This document shows, one piece after another, positions 1 to 9,612 of a DNA stretch of 64,000 bases. The notes under the pieces were generated by a model that had not been told where the DNA came from, searched no databases, and saw only the letters and a list, made by a program, of their open reading frames with translations. Source of the DNA: an uncultured Chloroflexia bacterium (GTDB taxonomy: Bacteria > Chloroflexota > Chloroflexia > Thermomicrobiales > UBA6265); the NCBI GenBank assembly GCA_963724295.1, contig CAVRUC010000008.1, forward strand, positions 224,001 to 288,000, in the 5' to 3' direction. The first letter of the stretch is position 1. Each line of letters opens with the position of its first letter. A program made the position numbers and the translations under genes.

Positions 1-174
1 CACCAGGCGGTCGCGGCCCAGTTCCTGGACTGGCTCGACGGCGGTCCACCACCGGCGACGACTCTCACCGACAACCTGCAGTCGACCGCCATGCTCTTTG
101 CCGCGATTCAGGCCTCGGAGACTGGCATGACCGTCGATGTCCAGGAGATCGCGAGCGAACTGGCGGGAGCCTGA
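1..174 (+). CDS. C-terminal end of a probable Gfo/Idh/MocA-family oxidoreductase (partial)
   Basis: Frame 1 is open from base 1: HQAVAAQFLDWLDGGPPPATTLTDNLQSTAMLFAAIQASETGMTVDV..., ending at TGA 172-174. It resembles Gfo/Idh/MocA C-termini. Confidence 0.5.
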   Translation, partial: HQAVAAQFLDWLDGGPPPATTLTDNLQSTAMLFAAIQASETGMTVDVQEIASELAGA

Positions 175-383
175 CTGTTCAATTGCCTTATCTTGTCGCT
201 AAGTCTCAATCCCTCGCCCTAGCCGATGCTCGAGCCGCGTCACGACTGTCGTGGCAGCATGTTCGTTCTCACACGATTGTCACTTCTCTTTCCACAGTGT
301 CTGCTAACAGCTAACCTCCGGTCGATTTTCAACGGCAGTCTCACACCCCTCGATTCCGTGATGGGCTAATCCTCAGTTCGGAG

Positions 384-1073
384 TTACATTGGCTCGATTT
401 GGAACGTCCAAGGACCCGACTCAGCGATGTCAACTTGAATGGCGTATTCACCAGACTCGGTGATGCGAACCGATGTCTCACCTTCCCAGGAATTGCCGGC
501 CTCCGGGATTTCGTTGAACAGCAATTCTTCGAAGTCTCCAGGGCCGATAAGATAGACGGCGAAATTCCCCGTTTCATCTGGTTGCACTGATCCAATGACT
601 CGATAGCGGCCAGGCTCGAGTGTGAACTCCGCGGTTACATCGACGCCCGTGCCGCTGAAAGAGAGTCCGTCGCTCACTTCACGGTTGCTGCCCTGTTGCC
701 TATTGTTTCGCTCCGGCTCCGGCGTGACGAGACGAGGGTTTGGCTCGGCGATAACGACTTCGGGCAACGCCTCGATTGATGTGAAACTCCGCGGATCAAC
801 CGCAAGGTCACGCACCCAGCCGGTCTCGCCGGTTTCAACAACTTCGATTGGGAAGAAGGCGTCACCATCCGCTGGCACCGCATCGCCCGTGACGCGGATC
901 GGGTCACCACGCTGGAGGTAAGCAAGTACTTCGGTATCCTCCGCGGGATCGACGCGAAGCCAGATATTTTCGCCGCGGATCGTGGCGCTAGCTGGGTAGT
1001 CACGCTGCGCGCGTAGCGGAGATCCTGAAAGAACGAAGAGGGCTGTCACAAGTATTAGGATCGAGACGCGCAT
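384..1073 (-). CDS. Secreted protein with an N-terminal bacterial SH3-like domain and a C-terminal beta-sandwich domain
   Basis: Signal peptide MRVSILILVTALFVL...RAQ; SH3b-like segment NIWLRVDP...VLAYLQRGDPI...GETGWV; SD GGAGGGAG upstream. Confidence 0.65.
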   Translation of the reverse strand: MRVSILILVTALFVLSGSPLRAQRDYPASATIRGENIWLRVDPAEDTEVLAYLQRGDPIRVTGDAVPADGDAFFPIEVVETGETGWVRDLAVDPRSFTSIEALPEVVIAEPNPRLVTPEPERNNRQQGSNREVSDGLSFSGTGVDVTAEFTLEPGRYRVIGSVQPDETGNFAVYLIGPGDFEELLFNEIPEAGNSWEGETSVRITESGEYAIQVDIAESGPWTFQIEPM

Positions 1074-1148
1074 GGCTCCCTCCTTGTGATTCCCGCGCGG
1101 GACGAGGCGGCGTCATACGGGCTTCATCTCACTTCCAGCACGCAGGAA

Positions 1149-1595
1149 TCACGACTCCGTCTCGTCCGGATCGACCTCCTCGGCTGCTTCGTTGTTCTGA
1201 ACGATGCTACCGACAATCGCGTCGACCTCGATCTCGACGCGCAGGTCCGGGTTGACCAGGGTGGTGTTACCGACCATCGTCCCGGCCGGGCGAATGGCGC
1301 CGAAGACCCGACCCATTTCATTGCCGACCGCCGTGGCATCGGCGATGTCGGTGAGGAAGACGCGGTAACGGATGACGTCGCTCAGTGTCGCGCCCGCTTC
1401 CGCCAGCGCCCGCTCGATGACGTCCAGGATGTAGCGGGTCTGCGCCCCGGCATCTCCGGGAGCGAAAGGCGCGCCGTCCTTGATCGCCGTCGTGCCGGCC
1501 ACCGCGATGTGGTTGCCGGCGCGCACCGCGCGGCTGTAGCCGAACGTCGCCTCGAACGGCCCACCGGAGCTGACCCGCTGCCGTCTCGCCGCCAT
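1149..1595 (-). CDS. RidA/YjgF/UK114 family protein
   Basis: Motifs GYSRAVRAG, AGTTA, LSDVIRYRVFLTDI, RPAGTMV and RVEIEVDA. Confidence 0.9.
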   Translation of the reverse strand: MAARRQRVSSGGPFEATFGYSRAVRAGNHIAVAGTTAIKDGAPFAPGDAGAQTRYILDVIERALAEAGATLSDVIRYRVFLTDIADATAVGNEMGRVFGAIRPAGTMVGNTTLVNPDLRVEIEVDAIVGSIVQNNEAAEEVDPDETES

Positions 1596-1720
1596 GACCC
1601 CTCCCCCCTCGTCACCGGCCTGGTTGCCCAGTTCTCGGGCCGCCGCTATCGTACCCTCACGGCATCGGCCAGGAATCGCGCCTCACCATCGGCCCGCGAG
1701 TCGAAGGAGCTGCACGAGCC

Positions 1721-2662
1721 ATGACGAGCACCGGAACGGGTGGCATTCCTCTGCGACCCCTGGGCACGACCGGGGTCAGCGTTTCGATGCTCTGTCTCGG
1801 CGGCTTTCATCTCAGCGTGCCTCCCGAGGACGAGGCCACCCGCATCATTCACACCGCCATCGACAACGGCATCACCTTCATGGACAACGCCTGGGAATAT
1901 GCCGACAACGAGTCGGAGCGGCGCATGGGGAATGCGCTGGCACAGGATGGCTACCGCGACAAGGTCTTCCTGATGACCAAGAACTGCGCGCACGACCGCA
2001 CGGCAGCTAACTCGATGGTGAAGCTGGAGGAGAGCTTGCGCCGGCTGCGGACCGATCATCTCGATCTCTGGCAGATCCACGAGGTGACCTTCCCCGACGA
2101 CCCGGACCGCATCTTCGCTCCCGGCGGCGCGGCCGAGGCGATGCTGCGGGCCAAAGAGGAGGGCAAGGTCCGCTTCATCGGCTTCACCGGCCACAAGAGC
2201 CCGGCCATCTTCCGCCGCATGCTTTCCGAGGGTTTTCCCTGGGACACGCTCCAGATGCCGGTCAGCGTCCTGGACGCCAACTTCAACTCCTTCCAGATAA
2301 TCATCCCCATCGCCCAGGAGCAAGGAATCGGGGTCATCGGCATGAAGAGCCTCGCCGCCGGGCATATCTTCGACGACCCAGCTATCGGTATCACCGCCGC
2401 AGAGGCCATCCGCTACGCCCTCTCGCAGCCGATCGCCTCGCTCTGCACCGGGATCGACAGCATGGCCATCCTTGAGCAGAACCTGCGCATCGGACGCGAG
2501 TTCGTGCCGATGACGGCCCAGGAGCAGGCGGCCGCCGTCGACAAGGTCTTCCATCATGCCTGGGACGGGCAGCACGAGCCCTTCAAGACCTCGTTCCAGT
2601 TCGAGGGCAACGAGGCACGGCGGGAGCACGGCATCCCGGTGAAATCGGCGGCCGCGGACTAG
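1721..2662 (+). CDS. Aldo/keto reductase
   Basis: Motifs RPLGTTG..VS.LCLG, GITFMDNAWEY, SLRRLRTDHLDLWQIH and GKVRFIGFTGH. Confidence 0.92.
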   Translation: MTSTGTGGIPLRPLGTTGVSVSMLCLGGFHLSVPPEDEATRIIHTAIDNGITFMDNAWEYADNESERRMGNALAQDGYRDKVFLMTKNCAHDRTAANSMVKLEESLRRLRTDHLDLWQIHEVTFPDDPDRIFAPGGAAEAMLRAKEEGKVRFIGFTGHKSPAIFRRMLSEGFPWDTLQMPVSVLDANFNSFQIIIPIAQEQGIGVIGMKSLAAGHIFDDPAIGITAAEAIRYALSQPIASLCTGIDSMAILEQNLRIGREFVPMTAQEQAAAVDKVFHHAWDGQHEPFKTSFQFEGNEARREHGIPVKSAAAD

Positions 2663-2683
2663 CAGACGGCAAGACGGCGGCGA

Positions 2684-2784
2684 AGGGTGGCAGGGTCACA
2701 AGGTGGCAGGGTGGCAGGGTGGCGGAGATCGTTCTCCCTGCCACCCTGCCACCACGAGCGCAGCGAGTCATCACCCTGCCACCC
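2684..2784. repeat. Intergenic repeat: inverted (AGGGTGGC)n/(CCCTGCCA)n arms with a conserved core CCACGAGCGNAGCGAGTMATCACCC
   Basis: Core at 2752-2776; the same core occurs at 14551-14575, 49165-49189 and 54194-54218 (reverse). Confidence 0.8.
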
Positions 2785-2806
2785 ATCAGGGAGGAGTAGC
2801 AACGGC

Positions 2807-3748
2807 ATGACAAGCAATCGAGACCGAGTTGGCATCGCCATCTTTCCCCGCTCGGCCGAAGCGGTAGTCGATCTCTGCGTCCGCGCCGAGAGGGCAAATG
2901 TCAACAACGCCTGGGTGGTGATGCCTGCCACCGCGCTCGACACGCTCACGCTGCTCGGCGCGGCCGCCATGAAGACGGAGCGCATCACCCTCGGCACGTC
3001 GATCGTCCCCGCCTTCACCCGGCATCCGCTGGCCTTCGTCACCCAGGCGCAGGCGCTGGAGGGGCTCGCGCCCGGTCGCTTCGACCTCGGCATCGGCAGC
3101 GCCCATGCGCGGACGATGGTCGACGTCTACCACATTGACTTCGATCGTCCCCTGCGCCGCCTGATCGAGTATCTCCGCGTCGTGCAGCCCGCGCTGAAGA
3201 CCGGTTCCGTCCACTTCGAGGGCGAGTTCTATCGAGTGGACGCCAGCTTCCCGCACGCTCCCGGCACTCCGGTGCCGATAGCCGCGCTGCGCGCTCCCGC
3301 CTTCCGGGTCGCGGGGCGCCTCGCCGACGGCGCGATGAGCTGGAACTGTCCCACGACCTACATCCAGCAGGTCGCCATGCCCGCCTTGCAGGAAGGGGCC
3401 GCCAGCGCGGGCCGGGACCGGCCGCGGCTGATGGTCCACGTGCCGGTGATGGTCACCACGGATCGGGATGAGGTCCACCGCAAGGCCGGCGAGCAGCTCC
3501 GCTACTATGCTGCCGCTCCGTTCTACGCGCGCATGTTCGCCGACGCCGGCTACCCGCTGCTGGACGACGGCGCGGTGAGTCCGGAGCTGATCGACGACCT
3601 CGTCGTCATCGGCACTCCGGACGACATCGCCGCCCAGCTCCGCCACCGTCTCGATCTCGGCTTCGACGTGCTGATGGTCAACCCGCTGCGCACCGATGAC
3701 GACGCGGGCCACGAGGATCAGGTGCTGGAGATTCTGGGTGGAATGTGA
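2807..3748 (+). CDS. LLM-class (luciferase-like) flavin/F420-dependent oxidoreductase
   Basis: Motifs TERITLGTSIVP..RHP, GRFDLGIG and AGRLADG. ATG at 2807 follows SD GGAGGAG. Confidence 0.88.
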   Translation: MTSNRDRVGIAIFPRSAEAVVDLCVRAERANVNNAWVVMPATALDTLTLLGAAAMKTERITLGTSIVPAFTRHPLAFVTQAQALEGLAPGRFDLGIGSAHARTMVDVYHIDFDRPLRRLIEYLRVVQPALKTGSVHFEGEFYRVDASFPHAPGTPVPIAALRAPAFRVAGRLADGAMSWNCPTTYIQQVAMPALQEGAASAGRDRPRLMVHVPVMVTTDRDEVHRKAGEQLRYYAAAPFYARMFADAGYPLLDDGAVSPELIDDLVVIGTPDDIAAQLRHRLDLGFDVLMVNPLRTDDDAGHEDQVLEILGGM

Positions 3749-3752
3749 GGCC

Positions 3753-3895
3753 GAGTCGGTAAGTCGGTGAGTCGGTAAGTAGACAGCAAGACGGCCAGAC
3801 AACTGTAGGGCCGACGCAGGCGTCGCCCGCGTCGGCCATCACCTATTACCCATCGCCCATCACCCGATCACCCCATAACCCCATCACCCTCATCA
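3753..3895. repeat. Intergenic AGTCGGTR octamer tandem, GTAG-type REP hairpin and CCCATCA-like heptamer tandem
   Basis: gagtcggtaagtcggtgagtcggtaag; GTAGGGCCGACGCAGGCGTCGCCC at 3805-3828; degenerate cccatca repeats. Lies between convergent genes. Confidence 0.7.
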
Positions 3896-4888
3896 TCACC
3901 CCTCCACGAGCGCAATGAACTCCGGGAAATCGCCGAGGCCGTCGATGAACGGTGTTGCGTCGGGTTTTCCAGTGCTGGCGTCGAAGCGCAGAACCTGCCG
4001 GGTTTCACGGCTGCTGACATAGAGGCTGCCGTCGGGGCCGAACGCCATCCCGGCCGGGGCGCGCAGTCCGCCCGCGCCGGACTCGACGAGCGTGGTTAGC
4101 GCTCCGCTGTCGGGATCGATGGCAAAGACCGCATCTCCGTCGCGGCTTCCGGCCAGGAGCGCGCCGTCGTGGGCACGGAACGCCAGGTGCACCGGTGTGG
4201 TCAGATGCCGGTGGCGGTATTCCCGTCGGAACTCACCGCTGCTGCCGTCGTACCGCTTGATGCTGTCCGCGTCACGGTCCGCGACGTAGAGGTCCCCTTC
4301 CGGACCGAAGATGGCGCCCCGCACCGCCTGCAGACCACGGTGGGCGTGCTTTTGCGATGGGACGAACGTGCCGGGGAGGAGATGCTTCGCATCAGCGTCC
4401 TGAAGCGCCTCCGGATGCGGCATCGGTGTCCCCGGTTTCCCCTCGGTCTCATGCGGACCGTAGTACCGGCCGACGATGTTCGTGTCCTGACTGGGGACGT
4501 AGAGATGCGAGTCCGGTCCGAAGGCGACGTCAAAGGGGTGAGCCAGACCGGGATTGGCCTCGTGCCGCTCGGCGTAGACCTCGCGGAAGGGATGTCTCCC
4601 GTCAGGTCCGCGTTGCCCGGCGAAGCGCAGCACCTGCGAGGCGTCCTTGTAGGCATTGGTGACGTAGAGGTCCCCGTCCGGCCCAAAGGCAAACCCCCTC
4701 AGCTCGCGCAGGTGGACGTCCTCAGGCAGAGACTGCGTATCCAGCGCCTTCCCCAGCGGCGTGCCATCCAGCCCGAAGACGTGGATGTTGTTCCACGCGC
4801 GTGAGCGCGCCTCTCCTAACTCTCCTTTGCCGCCAGAGTCTTGTTTAGGCGAATCCCCGCCGTGAAAGGTGATGTACCAGCGCTGCAC
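3896..4888 (-). CDS. NHL/Vgb-like beta-propeller repeat protein
   Basis: Repeated blades matching (A/I)FGPDG(D/S)LYV. Probable GTG start at 4888 with GAGG upstream. Confidence 0.75.
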   Translation of the reverse strand: MQRWYITFHGGDSPKQDSGGKGELGEARSRAWNNIHVFGLDGTPLGKALDTQSLPEDVHLRELRGFAFGPDGDLYVTNAYKDASQVLRFAGQRGPDGRHPFREVYAERHEANPGLAHPFDVAFGPDSHLYVPSQDTNIVGRYYGPHETEGKPGTPMPHPEALQDADAKHLLPGTFVPSQKHAHRGLQAVRGAIFGPEGDLYVADRDADSIKRYDGSSGEFRREYRHRHLTTPVHLAFRAHDGALLAGSRDGDAVFAIDPDSGALTTLVESGAGGLRAPAGMAFGPDGSLYVSSRETRQVLRFDASTGKPDATPFIDGLGDFPEFIALVEG

Positions 4889-5361
4889 GTGCTTGCCTCG
4901 TCTCGTTAGGAGTGTACCGGAACGACCCGTGAACCGTAGCAGCGCGAGCCCGGCCGCGGACGCCCAATGAGCCGTTGACGCCAAGACAAGGTGAGACCCC
5001 GGCCGGGATGGCAGCCGGGGTCTCGTTGGGGACGAGGGCCAGGGGAGGGAAGGGGAAAACCTGGACTCCTCGTGATAGAGCAACGACGGCAAGCGCGTAA
5101 TGGTTCCCGCCTGCTCTGAAGATTCATTACGCAAAGGTCGTGCCACATCGTACGTACACCCCTTGTGGGATGCAATCGCTGCGGGCAGGCGCCCTTGGCG
5201 AGCAAGAAAGCACTCGTCACGATTGATAGGCACAACTTATGCGAATAGTGGCTAGCAAGCCGTTGCGTCTGCGACTGGCACAACCATGCCGGAGCAATGA
5301 GCTTGATCGTTCGGGCGGGCGGCCACCGGGTCGTTCCCAGTTCTCGAAAAAGGAGTGGTTA

Positions 5362-6348
5362 ATGGCCCAATCACGGGAATCGACAGGCAGCGAGCAATCT
5401 CGCTCCGGGGCGTCCGGGTCGAGCGCGTCCGGAAGTTCCGGCGACGGTGGCAGCGGCGGCAGTGGCGCGAGCGGCGGCACCGGTATGAGCGGCCAAGGAA
5501 CAGAGCTCATTGGCCAGGCACAAGATCAGGCCATGAAGCTCGTCGATACGGCTCGCCAGCAAGCGACATCGCAGATCGGCATGCAGCAGCAGCGAGTGGC
5601 CGGCACGCTCAATACGGTGGCGACGGCGCTCCACGACGCGAGTCGCGAGATGCGCAAGCAGGACGAGACGGCAATTGCTGAATACGTCGACACGGCTGCA
5701 AATCAGGTCGAGCATTTCGCCAATACGCTGCGCGAGCAGGACCTCGAGCAGTTGTTGAATACCACGGCGCAATTCGCGCGGCGCCAGCCGGCGCTCTTCC
5801 TCGGGGCGGCCTTTGCCCTTGGCTTCGCCGCGACCCGCTTCATCAAGAGCTCGTCGCCGTCCGGCAGCGGGCAAATGAGCTCGGCGGATCGTGGCTTGTG
5901 GTACGAGCGGCCGGATGGATACGGCACGAGCTCGTACGGCTCAGGCTACGGCTACGGGGGAGCAGTGAGCGACCTCGGCTACGGCGGCACGACTGGCTCA
6001 ACCGGCCAGATGGGCGGCTCATCGGGTGCTGGCTCGAGCGGGGGCATGGGGTCCTCTGGATCCATGGGCTTGGGGAGCAGCATGGGCTCCGCGGGGACTG
6101 GCAGCTCAGGTCGTGACATGGGATCGTCCGGGAGCATGGGATCAACTGCCTCAGGCGGTTCCGGTGGATCAAGCGCTTCTAGCGGATCTAGTGGATCGAC
6201 GGGGTCCGGTTCGTCGAGTGCTTCGAGTGGGTCCAGTGGGTCCGGGGGATCCAGCGCCTCAGGGAGCCAGAGCGGATCTGGTTCCGGGGGCGGCTCGCGC
6301 TCCGGGAGTGAAGGAAAATCCCGATCCGGCTCGGGTGCGGAGGCGTAA
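5362..6348 (+). CDS. Gly/Ser-rich putative general-stress protein (first gene of a DUF3618/holin-family triad)
   Basis: SD AAGGAG before ATG 5362; helical core with FARRQPALFLGAAFALGFAATRFIKSS; long GS low-complexity tail. Confidence 0.75.
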   Translation: MAQSRESTGSEQSRSGASGSSASGSSGDGGSGGSGASGGTGMSGQGTELIGQAQDQAMKLVDTARQQATSQIGMQQQRVAGTLNTVATALHDASREMRKQDETAIAEYVDTAANQVEHFANTLREQDLEQLLNTTAQFARRQPALFLGAAFALGFAATRFIKSSSPSGSGQMSSADRGLWYERPDGYGTSSYGSGYGYGGAVSDLGYGGTTGSTGQMGGSSGAGSSGGMGSSGSMGLGSSMGSAGTGSSGRDMGSSGSMGSTASGGSGGSSASSGSSGSTGSGSSSASSGSSGSGGSSASGSQSGSGSGGGSRSGSEGKSRSGSGAEA

Positions 6349-6350
6349 TC

Positions 6351-6746
6351 ATGGCGCAACTCCGCGATGAGCGCTCGCTTGGCGATCTCTTCTCCGACCT
6401 CTCGCGGGAGACGACCACCCTGGTGCGCCAGGAGGTGCAGCTGGCCAAGGCGGAGCTGACTCAGAGTGCGACCGAGGCTGCGCGCGGCATCGGGATGCTG
6501 CTTGCGGGGGGAGCCGTTGCCTATGCCGGGCTGCTCTTCCTGCTGTTGGCGATTGTCTTTGGGCTCATCGAGGCCGGGTGGGACGCCTGGGTCTCGGCCC
6601 TCGTCGTCGGACTGGTAGTGGTAGCCATCGGCGCCATCCTGGTGCTGCGCGCTCGCGAGTCCCTCAAACCGGCCAACCTCGCACCGCAAAAGACGGTCGA
6701 AACCCTGAAGGAGGACGCCGCATGGGCGAAAGAGCAGATTACGTAA
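6351..6746 (+). CDS. Phage-holin-family (Holin-X/YhjD-like) two-TM membrane protein
   Basis: ERSLGDLFSDLSRETTTLVRQEVQLAKAEL, two TM helices, C-terminal PQKTVETLKED. Confidence 0.85.
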   Translation: MAQLRDERSLGDLFSDLSRETTTLVRQEVQLAKAELTQSATEAARGIGMLLAGGAVAYAGLLFLLLAIVFGLIEAGWDAWVSALVVGLVVVAIGAILVLRARESLKPANLAPQKTVETLKEDAAWAKEQIT

Positions 6747-7909
6747 GCACGTCAAACGTGCGAGCCAGTAGCGGGAACGGTGGAACCTCCGGCTCTACCG
6801 ACGACGCAGACCCTGAGTTGATCGCCGCCGATATCGAAGCCACCCGCGAGGAGATGAGCTCGACAATCGACGCGATCCAGGAGCGGCTCGATCCGGAACG
6901 GCTCACGCAGCAAGCCACTGAGGTCACCGAGCAGGCCAGAGAAGCGGCCAAGGATGTGGCGAAGTACGCCATTGAAGAGGCCAAGGCGGCGGTCAACGAA
7001 CTGACGAGCCAGGCCAAGACGACCGTACGTGAGGCAACTATTGGAAGGGTCGAGCATATGGCCATGTACACGCGAGATACCGCTGAGAGCGTAAAAGGCG
7101 ATCTCTTTACGACCATAAAGCGGAACCCGGTGCCCGCCGCGCTGGCGGCGATCAGCATCGGCTGGCTCTGGTCTCACCGCTCAGGTGGTGGATCGCAGAG
7201 CTCGAGCTACGCGCGGTATGGCAGTTACCGGGCTGAGACACACTCGGACTGGAACTATCAGTCATCGAGCGCAGGCTCGCCCTACTACGGTTCGTACGGG
7301 ACCGAGGGAGGCTACGGTTCCTCCGGAAGCATCGGTGGATACGGGTCATCTGGCACCCACGGTCGTCAATATGACCAGCAAGGCGGTCAAGGTCAGCAGA
7401 TGGGCGGACAGATCGTTGGCCAGGCCCAGGAGAGAGTCGGCCAGGTGCAGGAGATGGCCGGCCAGGTCGCCGGCCAAGCCGGCCAGGTGGTGGGTCAGGC
7501 CGGTCAGGTCGTCGGTCAGGTGCCACACCAGATGCGAGAGCGGGCCGGGCAGATGCAGCAGCAGGCTCAGGGGTTCTGGCACATGCTAGAAACGAACCCC
7601 GTTGCCGTCGGCGCACTCGGCACGGTGCTCGGTGGAGTCGCGGGTCTGCTCATCCCGGAGACGGAGAAGGAAAACCAGCTCATGGGTGAGGCCCGCGACC
7701 GCGTCGTCGGCAGCGTCCAGGAGATGGCCGGGGAAACCGTGGCCAAGGCGCAGGTTGTCGCCCAGGAAGCCGGCAAGTCGGCGATGGAAGCCGGTCAGGC
7801 GGCGATCGAAGAGGTGAACTCGCAGCAAGGCAGCACGGGTCAGAGCGGCTCAGGCCAGAGCAGCTCCGGGAAGAGCGGCAGCGGCTCAGCGGCATCGTCT
7901 TCGATGTAA
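6722..7909 (+). CDS. DUF3618 domain protein
   Basis: IAADIEATREEMSSTIDAIQERLDP; NPVPAAL/NPVAVG and LLIPETEKE motifs. SD AAGGAGG lies 7 nt before ATG 6722, which overlaps the upstream gene. Confidence 0.82.
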   Translation: MGERADYVSTSNVRASSGNGGTSGSTDDADPELIAADIEATREEMSSTIDAIQERLDPERLTQQATEVTEQAREAAKDVAKYAIEEAKAAVNELTSQAKTTVREATIGRVEHMAMYTRDTAESVKGDLFTTIKRNPVPAALAAISIGWLWSHRSGGGSQSSSYARYGSYRAETHSDWNYQSSSAGSPYYGSYGTEGGYGSSGSIGGYGSSGTHGRQYDQQGGQGQQMGGQIVGQAQERVGQVQEMAGQVAGQAGQVVGQAGQVVGQVPHQMRERAGQMQQQAQGFWHMLETNPVAVGALGTVLGGVAGLLIPETEKENQLMGEARDRVVGSVQEMAGETVAKAQVVAQEAGKSAMEAGQAAIEEVNSQQGSTGQSGSGQSSSGKSGSGSAASSSM

Positions 7910-8070
7910 TGCCAGCGGGACGCCTGGCTCCCATCGGCGTTCAGCTGTTGCAAGGGCAAGCGGATTGCGGACTTCCATCGGGAGTCCGCAACTCTGCATA
8001 TCCTGGAGAAATCTCGCGGGGCCGCGCCATGTAGCGAGCCGTTGCTTCGCTCCGTGTTACTCTCCCCTCC

Positions 8071-8829
8071 ATGGGACTGGATACCACGAACGGATCGATT
8101 GATCTCGTCACGTTTGACCTTTATGACACCCTGATCGAGCTGAACCCTCCCCGCTGGGAGCGGCTGGCGGCCGCGGCGCGCAAGCAGGGTATCGACGCCG
8201 ATGCGATCGTCCTCCGTGAGGCCGACCGCATCGCGGAGGACTACTTCACGATCGAGAATGGCCGGCTGCCGATCCGCGACCGGCAGCAGCCGGAACGTGA
8301 GGCCTTCCGTCTCGAGCTGATGCGTCGCTGGCTGGAGGCCGCGGGGCTGCCGCACGATCCGGAGACGACGCGCGCTTTGCGCCGGGCCTACATCTCCGAG
8401 TTCGACGAGGTGCCGGACCATCACCACTACCGGCTTTTCGACGATGTCCTGCCTGCGCTGCGTACACTGCGCCGCGCCGGGGTCAAGACCGCTGTCATCT
8501 CCAACGCGGACGCCGACGTCACCGTCGTCTGCACCCATTTCGCCTTCGCGCCGTTGATGGACCTCATCGTCACCTCGGCGCTCGTCGGCTACGAAAAACC
8601 AGATCCGCGCACCTACCACGCGGCCCTGGAGCCACTCGACATCGATCCGGAGCGGGCAATCCACGTCGGCGACCAACCCAAGTCAGACGTGGTGGGTGCG
8701 CTCGGCGTCGGCATGGGAGCGGTGCTGATTGACCGCTACGATCGCCACGATGGCGTCGACGTGCCGGTCGTCAGCACGCTCACCGAACTGGCCGATACAG
8801 TCGTCGCCGCGCGGCAACCCAAGCGATAA
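8071..8829 (+). CDS. HAD-superfamily hydrolase
   Basis: Motif I FDLYDTL; VISN; KPDP; HVGD...SDVVGA. Confidence 0.9.
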   Translation: MGLDTTNGSIDLVTFDLYDTLIELNPPRWERLAAAARKQGIDADAIVLREADRIAEDYFTIENGRLPIRDRQQPEREAFRLELMRRWLEAAGLPHDPETTRALRRAYISEFDEVPDHHHYRLFDDVLPALRTLRRAGVKTAVISNADADVTVVCTHFAFAPLMDLIVTSALVGYEKPDPRTYHAALEPLDIDPERAIHVGDQPKSDVVGALGVGMGAVLIDRYDRHDGVDVPVVSTLTELADTVVAARQPKR

Positions 8830-8893
8830 GACGGTGCCGACGGCCCATGCACGGGGTCATCTTCGGGAGCGGGCAAGTATCGGACTTGCCGCA

Positions 8894-9612
8894 ATGAGCT
8901 CCGATTGGGATCTGATGCAGATCCACATGAGCGCGCTCTTCCGGCATGATGAACGGAATCGTCTGCTGGCGGTGAACGAGCCCGGCCCTCCCTGGCGAGA
9001 TGACCCATTACCGCCGCGGCTCTATCTCGGCCGCACCCGTGAAGGTCTTACCTGGCGGTTCCGCCACGACCTCCCCGAATCGTTGGTTGCTGAGCTGGAG
9101 CCGATGCTTGCCGCGGAACCTGTTGCGGCTGACCTTTCCCGACCACCGCGATGTCTAGCAGCATTGCAATCGACGCTAGCGCGATACGGCCCCATTACCG
9201 GAACCTGGAGCGGACCTGCCTGGCATTTTCCCGACGAGATCCCCACGTTTGAATACGAGGCGATTCCCGTCGCGACGGCGAACGACGAACTCGTACGCCT
9301 GCTTTCCCGGTCCTCGCCGCGGACGACTTGCCGTGGCGACTGCCCTGCCTGGCGCTCCTGGACGATGGCCGTCTGGCTTCGGTCTGCTTCAGTGCGCGCA
9401 ACACCCCTGTTGCCGCTGAGGCCGGGGTGGATACGCTCAAGGAGTTTCGCGGACGAGGCTACGCACCGGCCGTCGTTGCTGCCTGGGCTCGTGCTGTTCG
9501 CCAGGAAGGGCGCGTCCCGCTCTACAGCACCTCGTGGGACAACCTGGCCTCGCGATCGGTCGCGCGCAAGCTCGGCCTCATCATGTACGGCGCGGACTTC
9601 TCTCTTGAGTGA
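8894..9612 (+). CDS. GNAT-family acetyltransferase (apparent frameshift near 9300)
   Basis: The N-terminal part is in one frame and the C-terminal part (EAGVDTLKEFRGRGYA, YSTSWDNLASRSVARKLG) is in another. Confidence 0.8.

Noticed and set aside
1646..3802. Long antisense ORFs (for example 1646-2629 and 2786-3802, and many later ones such as 39431-40660, 43720-44814 and 54215-55408)
   Set aside because: They mirror well-supported genes and have no family motifs. Such shadow ORFs are expected in high-GC coding DNA.
6351..6746. Holin as evidence of a prophage
   Set aside because: There are no endolysin, structural or integrase genes nearby. This family commonly occurs in chromosomal DUF3618 operons.
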